A stretch of DNA of 64,000 bases, taken from positions 12,688 through 76,687 of the forward strand of contig NZ_JACHID010000010.1 in assembly GCF_014203025.1 (NCBI RefSeq), written 5' to 3'. This DNA comes from Desulfurispira natronophila. Lineage in GTDB: Bacteria; Chrysiogenota; Chrysiogenetes; Chrysiogenales; Chrysiogenaceae. Positions within the stretch are counted from its first letter, which is position 1. Every line of letters starts with the position of its first letter. The notes under the pieces were generated by a model, which did no database searches, was not told the origin of the DNA, and worked only from the letters and a program-made list of their open reading frames with translations. Shown here in pieces: positions 8,005 through 19,485 of the stretch. The position numbers and the translations under genes were made by a program.

Positions 8005-11000
8005 AGAACCAGCAGGGGTTTTACGAGCAGGTTATCTATGAATTACTGCAGAGTGAAATCAGTCGCTTGCCGGCAGATTCGTGGCAAGTGGAAAAGGCTG
8101 CAATAGATAAGGCTGATTCACACGAAATACTGGCGGACTACCTGGCAGGGCTTATCAAAAAAGCTTTCCAGTCACTGCCACAGCAGGGTCGACTGGAAAG
8201 GCAAATCCAGTTGGCAAACGATATCATTGATCGCCTTCAGCGCAGTGAAAACATGCAAGAATTTGAGTCCTTCAAGGTTTCCAAAGAAGCCAAGGTACTG
8301 CACAGCATTCTACATATCTCACAGCTTCAGCCTAAAACCCGGCCGGTAAGCGGCCTCAGTCAGTGCTCTCTCTTTACTGGCGCAGCCATGGAACCAAGTC
8401 TTGCCAGTGAGCTGCAGAAGGAAATTGCCACATCTCACCGCATAGATATTCTCATGTCCTTTATCCGCTGGAGTGGTCTGCGAATAATCGCCGATGAACT
8501 TATTGACTTCACCCAAAATAGGGGTGGGCACTTGCGCATTATCACCACCACCTATATGGGGGCGACAGAAATCGCCGCTCTGAACTTCTTGAGTAAACTC
8601 CCCAACACCGAGATACGCGTTTCTACCGACAACAAGCGCACACGTTTGCACGCTAAGGCCTACTACTTCTACCGTAACACGGGGTTTTCCACCGCCTATG
8701 TGGGCTCATCCAATATTTCGAATCCCGCTTTGACCACCGGGCTCGAGTGGAACATGAAGATATCCCAAGTCCATGAACCCCATATCTTAAAGAAATTTGA
8801 GGGCACCTTTGAGAGCTACTGGAATAGCCCTGACTTCCTCGCATACTCTGCAGAATCTCATAAAGAAATAGCTGAATCCCTTGAGTCATACTCAGGCAAG
8901 CAAAGTGAATCAGCGGCCTTTCAGTTTGATATCAGACCATACCCTTTCCAAAAAGAAATTTTAGAAAAACTCCAAGCAGAGCGTGAGGTCCACGACAAGT
9001 GGAAAAACTTAGTGGTCGCAGCAACGGGTACCGGCAAGACCGTCATCGCTGCTTTTGACTTCAAGCGCTTTCGTGAAAAATACCCCCAAGCTCGCTTTCT
9101 CTTTATTGCACACCGTCAAGAAATTCTTACCCAGAGCCTCTACTGTTTTCGAGGCATATTGCGAGATCAGAATTTTGGGGAACTCTTTGTGGGCAACCAT
9201 ACTCCCAACCAGTTTAACCATCTCTTTGTTTCGGTGCAGATGCTCCACTCCCAGCAGCTCTGGCGCAAACTTCCCAAGGATCACTACGACTACATTGTGG
9301 TTGATGAATTCCACCACGCTGAAGCCAACACCTATCGCCAATCCCTCACCTTCTTCACCCCCAAGATACTGCTTGGGCTGACCGCCACACCTGAGCGAAT
9401 GGATGGTGGCGACATTCTGGGCTACTTTGACAATCGCATAGCGGCAGAAATTCGCCTGCCGGAAGCGATTGAGCGGGGCCTATTGGCACCATTTCAGTAT
9501 TTTGGCGTAAGTGACTCAACCAACTACAAGAATTTAACATGGAGCCGAGGGGGATATAAGAACTCAGAGCTGGAAAGGCTACTCACTGGCAATGACCTGC
9601 GACTTCAAATTGTTCTCAACGCACTGGAAAAGTATATTCCTTCGCAGGAAAACGTGGTGGGACTTGGCTTTTGTGTCAGCGTTGCCCACGCCGAATACAT
9701 GGCAGAGGCCTTTTGCCAGCGAAGTATCCCTGCCGCTGCCTTGACCTCACATTCAGATGCCGCAACCCGTGAGCAAGCAAGAAATCAACTGGAACGAAGA
9801 GAGATCAGGTTTATTTTCACCGTTGACCTGTTCAATGAGGGCGTCGATATTCCTGCCGTCAATACCGTGCTCTTCTTGCGTCCAACGGAAAGCCTGACCA
9901 TATTTTTGCAGCAACTTGGCCGCGGGCTTCGACTCTATGAAGGCAAAGAGTGCCTGACGGTTCTCGATTTTATCGGGCAAGCTCATCAGAGTTTTCGCTA
10001 TGATCAGCGCTTTCGCGCCCTTGTGGGACGTACAAACGCCGCCGTTCAGCGGGAAGTGGAAGAAAGCTTCCCGCACTTACCCAGTGGATGCGTCATTAAA
10101 CTGGAGCGTACCGCCAAAGAGCACGTCCTAAATAACATTCGCTCCGCCATCAGCAACAACCGACGCGCACTGGTACGGCAAATAGCCAATTTCGAAGTGG
10201 AGTACCGTCAGCCACTCTCTTTGCAACATTTCGTGGAAGCGTATCAGCTTGATTTGAGCGCACTATATCGTAGAGGAAACTGGTCTGAACTCTGCGCTGA
10301 TGCCGGGGTCATCCAAGAGTACAACGATCCCCATCGAAAGTATTTTGCCAGTGCCATGAAGCGTATCTTGCACTTCGATTCGCGACGCATGATCCAAGCG
10401 CTACAAGCGATTCTGGATGGGAAAACCCCAGCAGCCGGGCAAACCAATACCCTCTTGCAGCATATGCTTTACATCAGTATCTGGCAAAAGCCACTTGACT
10501 CCCACGGCTTTTCAACGCTTCAAGAAGCTTGGCAGTGCTTGCGGGATAATCGGCAAGTAGTTTCAGAAATGCGCCAACTCCTGAAACTGCTCCACCACTC
10601 AATTCATTTTGTCGATACCCCACCAAATTTGCCATTTGAGTGCCCACTGGACTTACACTGTCACTACACCAGAGATGAAATACTTGCCGCCTTGGGTGAG
10701 GCCTCGCCAACAGCTATTCCGGCCTTCCGTGAAGGCGTTAGGTACGTGAAGCACAGCAATACGGACGTTCTCTTGGTTACACTCAACAAATCCGAAGAAC
10801 ACTATTCGCCAACAACCATGTACGATGACTATGCCATCAGTGAAGAGCTTTTCCACTGGCAATCGCAAAGCACGACTTCGGTAGAGTCACCCACTGGACA
10901 GCGCTATCTCAGGGGAACCAGTAATGTTTTGCTGTTTGTGCGCGAGAACAAGAAAGTTGATGGAATTACCATGCCCTATTGCTTTTTAGGACCAGTACAA

Positions 11001-11105
11001 TATGCTCGACATGATGGCAGCAAGCCAATTAGCATTGTGTGGAAGCTCAAGCACTCGCTCCCAGCTCAACTATGGCGAGAGACCGGCAGACTGGCGGCAG
11101 TGTAA
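8001..11105 (+). CDS. Fusion protein: N-terminal phospholipase-D-family (HKD) nuclease domain + SF2 DEAD/DEAH (ResIII-like) helicase + C-terminal DUF3427-like region
   Basis: HKD motif RLHAKAYYFY...GSSNISN; Walker A ATGTGKT; motif II DEFHHAE; helicase C region (VDLFNEGVDIP, QQLGRGLR); long C-terminal extension typical of DUF3427 helicases; 1034 aa. Confidence 0.8.
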   Translation: MKNQQGFYEQVIYELLQSEISRLPADSWQVEKAAIDKADSHEILADYLAGLIKKAFQSLPQQGRLERQIQLANDIIDRLQRSENMQEFESFKVSKEAKVLHSILHISQLQPKTRPVSGLSQCSLFTGAAMEPSLASELQKEIATSHRIDILMSFIRWSGLRIIADELIDFTQNRGGHLRIITTTYMGATEIAALNFLSKLPNTEIRVSTDNKRTRLHAKAYYFYRNTGFSTAYVGSSNISNPALTTGLEWNMKISQVHEPHILKKFEGTFESYWNSPDFLAYSAESHKEIAESLESYSGKQSESAAFQFDIRPYPFQKEILEKLQAEREVHDKWKNLVVAATGTGKTVIAAFDFKRFREKYPQARFLFIAHRQEILTQSLYCFRGILRDQNFGELFVGNHTPNQFNHLFVSVQMLHSQQLWRKLPKDHYDYIVVDEFHHAEANTYRQSLTFFTPKILLGLTATPERMDGGDILGYFDNRIAAEIRLPEAIERGLLAPFQYFGVSDSTNYKNLTWSRGGYKNSELERLLTGNDLRLQIVLNALEKYIPSQENVVGLGFCVSVAHAEYMAEAFCQRSIPAAALTSHSDAATREQARNQLERREIRFIFTVDLFNEGVDIPAVNTVLFLRPTESLTIFLQQLGRGLRLYEGKECLTVLDFIGQAHQSFRYDQRFRALVGRTNAAVQREVEESFPHLPSGCVIKLERTAKEHVLNNIRSAISNNRRALVRQIANFEVEYRQPLSLQHFVEAYQLDLSALYRRGNWSELCADAGVIQEYNDPHRKYFASAMKRILHFDSRRMIQALQAILDGKTPAAGQTNTLLQHMLYISIWQKPLDSHGFSTLQEAWQCLRDNRQVVSEMRQLLKLLHHSIHFVDTPPNLPFECPLDLHCHYTRDEILAALGEASPTAIPAFREGVRYVKHSNTDVLLVTLNKSEEHYSPTTMYDDYAISEELFHWQSQSTTSVESPTGQRYLRGTSNVLLFVRENKKVDGITMPYCFLGPVQYARHDGSKPISIVWKLKHSLPAQLWRETGRLAAV

Positions 11106-11130
11106 TGACGAACCGGGAGGCAGAAAACTT

Positions 11131-11472
11131 ATGAACATTTGGTTTGAGTACCTTTACCGGGATGCTGGTAATAATAAAATATGGGGCGAAGTGGTTTTTT
11201 GCAACACAAAGACATTTTCCACCGAAGAACTTGAAACGCTGATAAGAAGTAGCCTTATTGATGGCGAGTTCTTTGACCCGGATGGCCTTGGATTGCCTGA
11301 GTTACAGTTTGACTCGTGGGACAGTGAGTTGGATCACGGCTGGTATGAGTATAATTGTGTAGCAACAACGGACAATGCTCCCACTGACGAGAAAGGGCGT
11401 GATATCGGCGACTTTATCACTGATCTTCAGGCATCCACTAAAATCGTTAATCAGATTATAAAGAGAGAGTAA
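11131..11472 (+). CDS. hypothetical small protein (113 aa), co-oriented 25 bp downstream of PLD-helicase gene
   Basis: ORF with GGAGG-like RBS (cgggaggcagaaaacttATG); acidic C-terminal half; no recognisable domain. Confidence 0.4.
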   Translation: MNIWFEYLYRDAGNNKIWGEVVFCNTKTFSTEELETLIRSSLIDGEFFDPDGLGLPELQFDSWDSELDHGWYEYNCVATTDNAPTDEKGRDIGDFITDLQASTKIVNQIIKRE

Positions 11473-11483
11473 CCGAGAACACC

Positions 11484-11870
11484 ATGATACAGTGGACAGA
11501 ACCGCATGAATCCTGGATGAATGACTGGAAGATGGGGCTTTCACCTTCCGAGGAGGAAGAGATATCAAGAGCATTGCTGGAAATTTTCCGGCAATTCTGG
11601 CACTGGGCCGAGCTGGACAAGAAGGCGAAAGTGACACAGCGCAGGTACGGTGCTTCTCTGCATGCCCTTGGTGGCTGGGCTGTGGAAAAGATGCTTGAAG
11701 ACGAGGAACTGCAGGAGCCGGGGTATGTTCGACCGAGCCTTTATCAGCTGCTGGTGGATGCTACATTCCTGCAAGGGCCTTTGATCCACTATGATAATAA
11801 AAAGTGGCAGAGTGAGGTCGATACCGTATGCCGGAAGCTGCACAAGTTTCTGGTATCGCGGGGTGAGTAA
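11484..11870 (+). CDS. hypothetical protein (128 aa), 11 bp downstream of previous ORF
   Basis: Compact spacing suggests same operon; no recognisable domain. Confidence 0.4.
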   Translation: MIQWTEPHESWMNDWKMGLSPSEEEEISRALLEIFRQFWHWAELDKKAKVTQRRYGASLHALGGWAVEKMLEDEELQEPGYVRPSLYQLLVDATFLQGPLIHYDNKKWQSEVDTVCRKLHKFLVSRGE

Positions 11871-11903
11871 GGCAGGTGTCTTGCGCAAAGTTTGCTGATT
11901 AGC

Positions 11904-12053
11904 AGCTTGCTGAAATACTTTACATCGGCAGGCAAATGAAAAATCCTCCAGGTGCAAGGCGCTCGCAGAGCGAGGAATGAGGCGTACCTGGAGTACGCTG
12001 CAGTGACGAGCGACCGCGAGCAACACCGCAGAAGGAGGTTTTTCAGCAGCCTG
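11904..12053. repeat. MITE-like dispersed repeat, copy A (about 150 bp; terminal inverted repeats cagcttgctgaaa / tttcagcagcctg)
   Basis: About 93 percent identical (reverse complement) to 15754-15904; shares ends with copies at 17041, 31323, 40053, 43553, 52454. Confidence 0.75.
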
Positions 12054-12090
12054 TTAACGAGTGATCCACTGCCTCCTGGGGGTATCGACC

Positions 12091-12483
12091 ATGAAGCGAG
12101 ATGCCATTGTCAATCTGCTGCAGACAAAAGTTCCCAACCTGCTGGCGATCTACACTTTTGGCAGTCGCGTCCAGCAGGCGGCAACCAGTGAAAGTGATCT
12201 TGACCTGGCGGTGCTGGTAGAGGGGTACGTTGATCCCCTGTTGCTGTGGGAGCTTTCCGGTGAGCTGGCGACACTTGTTGACTGCGATGTTGATTTGCTG
12301 GATATGCGGGCGGCTTCCACGGTTATGCAGTATCAGGTTATTGTCACTGCTGAGCGCTGGTGGACACGGGATGTACAGGCCGGTATTTTCGAAGCCATGG
12401 TGCTGAGCGAAAAGACCGAGCTGGACTGTGCCCGTGCGGATTTGCTGGAAGATATTCGCCGGGAGGGGAAGATTTATGGCTGA
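12091..12483 (+). CDS. Nucleotidyltransferase-domain protein (MNT-type antitoxin of HepT/MNT toxin-antitoxin pairs)
   Basis: Pol-beta NTase motif GSRVQQAATSESDLDLAV; about 130 aa from the Met at MKRDAIVNLL. Confidence 0.75.
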   Translation: MKRDAIVNLLQTKVPNLLAIYTFGSRVQQAATSESDLDLAVLVEGYVDPLLLWELSGELATLVDCDVDLLDMRAASTVMQYQVIVTAERWWTRDVQAGIFEAMVLSEKTELDCARADLLEDIRREGKIYG

Positions 12484-12553
12484 TGATGTGCTGATTAACA
12501 AGACGGCTGACAAATCTCAGGGTGGCCGTGAGTGGTTACTCAGCAAGCTGTAA
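12476..12553 (+). pseudogene. HepT (DUF86) toxin gene remnant, truncated after about 10 conserved codons
   Basis: ATG overlaps MNT stop (ATGGCTGA); encodes MADDVLINKTADKSQGGREWLLSKL*; the first 9 residues match the canonical HepT N-terminus (M.D.[IL][IL]NK), then it diverges and stops. Confidence 0.4.
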
Positions 12554-12645
12554 AGCGTAAAGCGGATGAAACTCACTTCGGAATTTACTCTTGCGCCTGC
12601 AGGTGGTAATCTGCAGCAGTCCATCTTGCCAGAGGAAGGGGTTTC

Positions 12646-13659
12646 ATGAAAATATCCGCATCACTGTACAGCAGCAAAGACACGCCGCTCCCCCAGCTCA
12701 TGCAGGAGCTGGACAACCTGCATATTGACTATATTCACATTGACTGCAACGACGATCTTTCTGTCTTTGACGACATTGAGGAGATCCGGACGATCAGTCG
12801 CACGCCTATTGATATTCACATTATTTCCGACGATCCGGCCAAGTTTTATCCCGCCCTGCAGAAGCACCGCCCGGAACTGGTGACGTTCCAGCACGAAAAT
12901 CTGCGCGGGCCCTTGCCTCCGCTGCCGGTGGGTGTCAAGAGTCGTATCGGGGTGGCTTTTGTCAGCGATACGCCCATCGAGGCCTTTGAGCACTATCGTC
13001 CCTTGTGCTCTTTTGTGCTCTTTATGACCACGGTGCCGGGCCAGAGTGGCGGTCAGTTTGATCAGGATACTTTCCAGAAGATTCGCCAATTTCAGGAGCG
13101 TTACCCCGGTACTCGCATCCATGTGGATGGCGGGGTCAACGACGAGGTCTCCTTTATCCTGCGCAACATGGGTGTCTACTGCAGTGTTTCCGGCTCCTAC
13201 CTGATGCAGGCCAAGGACAAGCCCGGTGCCCTGCTGCGTCTGCGCAGCCCCTACATCGAGGGGCAGTACCGGGTGCGGGACTTTATGATTCTGCGTCATG
13301 AGCTGCCGGTGATTGCTGAAAGTGACGCCAATGATCTGCGTCAGCTGCTGGTATGTGTTCACGAATCGCGCCAGGGTTTTGCGTTGGTGGCGGATGCGGA
13401 CGGCAAGCTGGCGGGGATTGTCACGGACCGGGATATTCGCGCTGCTCTGATCAAGCACCTGGATGACCTGGAGGCGATCTGTTCCAGCGATCTCATTAAC
13501 CCCCGGCCGGTAACCGTCGATGGTGACAGTACTATTGGCCAGATGCTGGAGCTGATTCGCGACTGCCCCTTCCCCATTCGCTTTCTTCCGGTGGTGGACT
13601 CCGACAACACCTTGATTGGAGCCATTGCCTTTAACAATCTCATCAAAGGTGAATTATGA
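12646..13659 (+). CDS. Two-domain protein: N-terminal ribulose-phosphate 3-epimerase-fold (RPE-like TIM barrel) + C-terminal CBS-domain pair
   Basis: RPE-like motifs IHIDCNDD (cf. IHVDVMDG), IDIHII (cf. LDVHLM), VLFMTTVPGQSGGQF (cf. VLLMSVNPGFGGQ.F), IHVDGGVN (cf. IEVDGGV); C-terminal CBS-like repeats (VTDRDIRAALIKHLDDL, IGAIAFNNLIKGEL); good RBS gaggaagggg. Confidence 0.7.
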   Translation: MKISASLYSSKDTPLPQLMQELDNLHIDYIHIDCNDDLSVFDDIEEIRTISRTPIDIHIISDDPAKFYPALQKHRPELVTFQHENLRGPLPPLPVGVKSRIGVAFVSDTPIEAFEHYRPLCSFVLFMTTVPGQSGGQFDQDTFQKIRQFQERYPGTRIHVDGGVNDEVSFILRNMGVYCSVSGSYLMQAKDKPGALLRLRSPYIEGQYRVRDFMILRHELPVIAESDANDLRQLLVCVHESRQGFALVADADGKLAGIVTDRDIRAALIKHLDDLEAICSSDLINPRPVTVDGDSTIGQMLELIRDCPFPIRFLPVVDSDNTLIGAIAFNNLIKGEL

Positions 13660-14657
13660 TTGTCCACATAGCCTCGGATGCTCCCAAAGAGCTGATTCAG
13701 CAGTGTGTTGAGCACTATCAGGCGTTTGTTATTGACGATGCTGGCCAGCAAGCGCTGGTCACCTCGTCCCAGGTTAAAAAGCTGGATGAGCGTTTTACTT
13801 CACTGGCCGAGCGCACCTTCGCTTTTGACAGTGATATCCAGCTGGCCAGTCGCCTGTATCAGGGCGGCACCCGCACCATTGAACTCCCCGGCGGCATCAC
13901 GGTTGGTGGTGACACTGGCCATACCGCTTTTATCAGCGGTCCCTGCTCAGTGGAGTCGGAAGGACAGATCGAAACCGTAGCTCAGGCATTGCAGCAAAGT
14001 GGCATCAAAATACTGCGGGCGGGTTGTTACAAACCCCGCACCTCGCCATACTCCTTCCAGGGAATGGCGGAAGAGGGACTGCAGATACTGGACCGGGTCC
14101 GCAAAAAGTATGGCCTGGGTATTATCACGGAAGTGCGCGATGCGACCCACGTAGATCAGGTGATTGAGTACAGCGATATTATCCAGATTGGCGCCAAGGC
14201 CATGTATGATCAGGGCATTTTGCGCCGCTGCGCCACTATTCGCAAGCCGGTGCTGCTGAAGCGGGGCTTTGGCACCAACCTGCAGGAGTTTGTGCAGGCG
14301 GCGGAATTTATCCTCAGTGGTGGTAACCCCAATGTCATGCTGTGCGAGCGCGGCATTCGCACCTTCGAGACCAAGACCCGCTTTACCCTGGATCTGTGCG
14401 GTGTGGCCTATTTGAAAGAGCACACCAATTTGCCCATTTTTGTCGATCCCTCCCATGCCATGGGCTACGCCTATGGTGTGGCCGACCTTACCCGGGCTAG
14501 CACCGCCATGGGTGTAGATGGCTTGCTCATCGAGTCCCATCCAAACCCCAGGGAGGCCCTTTCTGACGCCTCCCAGCAGCTGACGCTGGAGCAGATGGCC
14601 CAGCTGCGACAGAGTATTGTCCCCGTGGCCCAGGCCGTGGGTCGCACGGTGGTTTGA
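13656..14657 (+). CDS. 3-deoxy-7-phosphoheptulonate (DAHP) synthase, class I-beta, Thermotoga type with N-terminal ferredoxin-like regulatory domain
   Basis: LRAGCYKPRTSPYSFQG, LCERGIRTFETKTRFTLDL, VDPSHAMG, LLIESHPNPREALSDASQQL match DAHPS I-beta signatures (not KDO8P synthase); N-terminal MIVHIAS... region about 95 aa; start overlaps upstream stop. Confidence 0.85.
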   Translation: MIVHIASDAPKELIQQCVEHYQAFVIDDAGQQALVTSSQVKKLDERFTSLAERTFAFDSDIQLASRLYQGGTRTIELPGGITVGGDTGHTAFISGPCSVESEGQIETVAQALQQSGIKILRAGCYKPRTSPYSFQGMAEEGLQILDRVRKKYGLGIITEVRDATHVDQVIEYSDIIQIGAKAMYDQGILRRCATIRKPVLLKRGFGTNLQEFVQAAEFILSGGNPNVMLCERGIRTFETKTRFTLDLCGVAYLKEHTNLPIFVDPSHAMGYAYGVADLTRASTAMGVDGLLIESHPNPREALSDASQQLTLEQMAQLRQSIVPVAQAVGRTVV

Positions 14658-15745
14658 GCATGGCACAACCTGTCGCCCTTGTTCCGGTGCTGGATGAGGC
14701 GTGTGTTCAGTGGCAGTACGGTGGCAAGCCTCTGTGTCTCAGTGTGGCCGATACGCTGGCGGCACTGCTGGGCGCGGAGCAGGTGGTATTCCTCACCCCC
14801 CGGGCCTCAGTTGCCGCCGCTCTGGATGGCAGTGGCTATTCGCTGATTGCTGTCCATGCCCGTGACAGCATCAGCCGGATACAGCAGCATCCGGCCCTGC
14901 GGGAATCTGCCGGGCAACCGCTGCTGGTGGTACCCCCCCAGTGGCCCCTTTGTCGTGGGGGTACCCTGAAGGCACTGCTGGACAGTGCTGCCGGAGGCGC
15001 TTCGGGCCTGGCCCTGCCGCCACTTTTAATGCGCAACCAGGCTGTTCATGCCGCCCTGATGGCTCAGATAGAGCAGTGGGAAACGCTTCCTCTGGACCAG
15101 TTTACGGTGCCTGCGGCCCTGTCAGCTGGCAGTGGCAGGCCGGTAGCCCTGCAGATGGATGGCAGTGAGTCTTTGGCTGTTTTTTGCGAGGATGACCTGA
15201 TGCGCTTGCCGGTTTCGTACGTCTCTCCCGGTCATCAGCCGGATATTCGCATGCTGGTACTGGATGTGGATGGGGTTATGACCGATGGCGGCATGTACTA
15301 TCTGGAAACGGGCCAGGAGCTCAAAAAGTTCTCTACCCGCGATGGCATTGCCATCAAACGTCTGCTGCGCATGGGAATCGAGGTGGCTTTCCTCAGCTCC
15401 GGCCTGAATACCAGTCTGCTGGAGTCCCGCGCTCGTACGCTGGGCGTGCAGCGCCTCTATGTGGGAACGGACGAAAAGACGGTTATTTTGCAGCAGTGGC
15501 TGGATGAGATGGGACTGCTGCCGGAGCAGATTGCCTATATCGGGGACGATATCAACGATCTGGGTGTGATGGCCATGGTGGGCCTCAGCGCCTGCCCTGC
15601 CGATGCGGTGGACATGATCCGCCAGCGGGTACAGGTGGTGTTGCAGAGCCGTGGTGGAGAAGGCTGTGTGCGGGAGTTTGTGGGACGTTACATCTGCTCC
15701 GACGAGGAGGCGGTGGCCCGCAGGAATCAGAGTCACCCACAGTGA
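14654..15745 (+). CDS. Fusion: N-terminal about 190-aa domain of uncertain identity (weak KdsB/cytidylyltransferase-like GGKPL segment) + C-terminal KdsC-type HAD phosphatase (3-deoxy-ulosonate-phosphate phosphatase, YrbI family)
   Basis: C-terminal IRMLVLDVDGVMTDGGMYY...STRDG...YIGDDINDLGVM closely matches KdsC; N-domain lacks the canonical PARxxSxR P-loop; start overlaps upstream stop. Confidence 0.7.
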   Translation: MSMAQPVALVPVLDEACVQWQYGGKPLCLSVADTLAALLGAEQVVFLTPRASVAAALDGSGYSLIAVHARDSISRIQQHPALRESAGQPLLVVPPQWPLCRGGTLKALLDSAAGGASGLALPPLLMRNQAVHAALMAQIEQWETLPLDQFTVPAALSAGSGRPVALQMDGSESLAVFCEDDLMRLPVSYVSPGHQPDIRMLVLDVDGVMTDGGMYYLETGQELKKFSTRDGIAIKRLLRMGIEVAFLSSGLNTSLLESRARTLGVQRLYVGTDEKTVILQQWLDEMGLLPEQIAYIGDDINDLGVMAMVGLSACPADAVDMIRQRVQVVLQSRGGEGCVREFVGRYICSDEEAVARRNQSHPQ

Positions 15746-15753
15746 AGCATTAG

Positions 15754-15904
15754 CAGGCTGCTGAAAAACCTCCATCTGCGGTGTTGCTCGCTGTCGCTCG
15801 TCACTGCGACGTACTTCAAGTACGCCTCATTCCTTGCTCTGCGAGCGCCTTGCACCTGAAGGATTTTTCATTTGCCTGTCGATTAAGAGTATTTCAGCAA
15901 GCTG
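15754..15904. repeat. MITE-like dispersed repeat, copy B (full length, 151 bp)
   Basis: caggctgctgaaaaacctccatctgcggtgttgctcgc...catttgcctgtcgattaagagtatttcagcaagctg; inverted orientation relative to copy A. Confidence 0.75.
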
Positions 15905-15932
15905 TTAGCCAACCAAGAGTTATTCAGAATAA

Positions 15933-17039
<1,107 letters not shown>

Positions 17040-17040
17040 C

Positions 17041-17137
17041 CGGCTGCTGAAAACCCTCCATCTGCCCTGGCTCTGCGAGCGCCTTGCACCTGAAGGGTTT
17101 TTCATTTACCTGTCGATAGAGAGTATTTTAGCAAACT
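17041..17137. repeat. MITE-like repeat, copy C (about 55-bp internal deletion)
   Basis: cggctgctgaaaaccctccatctgc...ctctgcgagcgccttgcacctgaagggtttttcatttacctgtcgat...ttttagcaaactg. Confidence 0.7.
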
Positions 17138-17148
17138 GTTAATTAGCC

Positions 17149-17190
17149 AAAAAAGCGGCCCGGTGGACACATATAAGTCCACCGGGCCGC
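17149..17190 (-). terminator. Rho-independent terminator downstream of katG (minus strand)
   Basis: Perfect 14-bp stem gcggcccggtggac / gtccaccgggccgc with 8-nt loop; on the minus strand followed by a TTTTTT run. Confidence 0.8.
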
Positions 17191-17220
17191 TGTGGTTGTA
17201 ACCTGACACAGGGTTGATAA

Positions 17221-19485
<2,265 letters not shown>

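Noticed and set aside
4053-11105. Calling the helicase/nuclease cluster a DISARM system
   Set aside because: No methyltransferase and no DUF1998 (drmB) gene. The PLD is fused to the helicase instead of being a separate drmC. It is described as a DISARM-reminiscent but distinct candidate only.
13656-14657. Calling the second gene of the sugar operon KdsA (KDO8P synthase)
   Set aside because: The sequence carries DAHP-synthase I-beta signatures (KPRTSPYSFQG, Thermotoga-type regulatory N-domain), not the KDO8PS motifs. It is kept as a DAHPS-type enzyme, with pathway role flagged as hypothesis.
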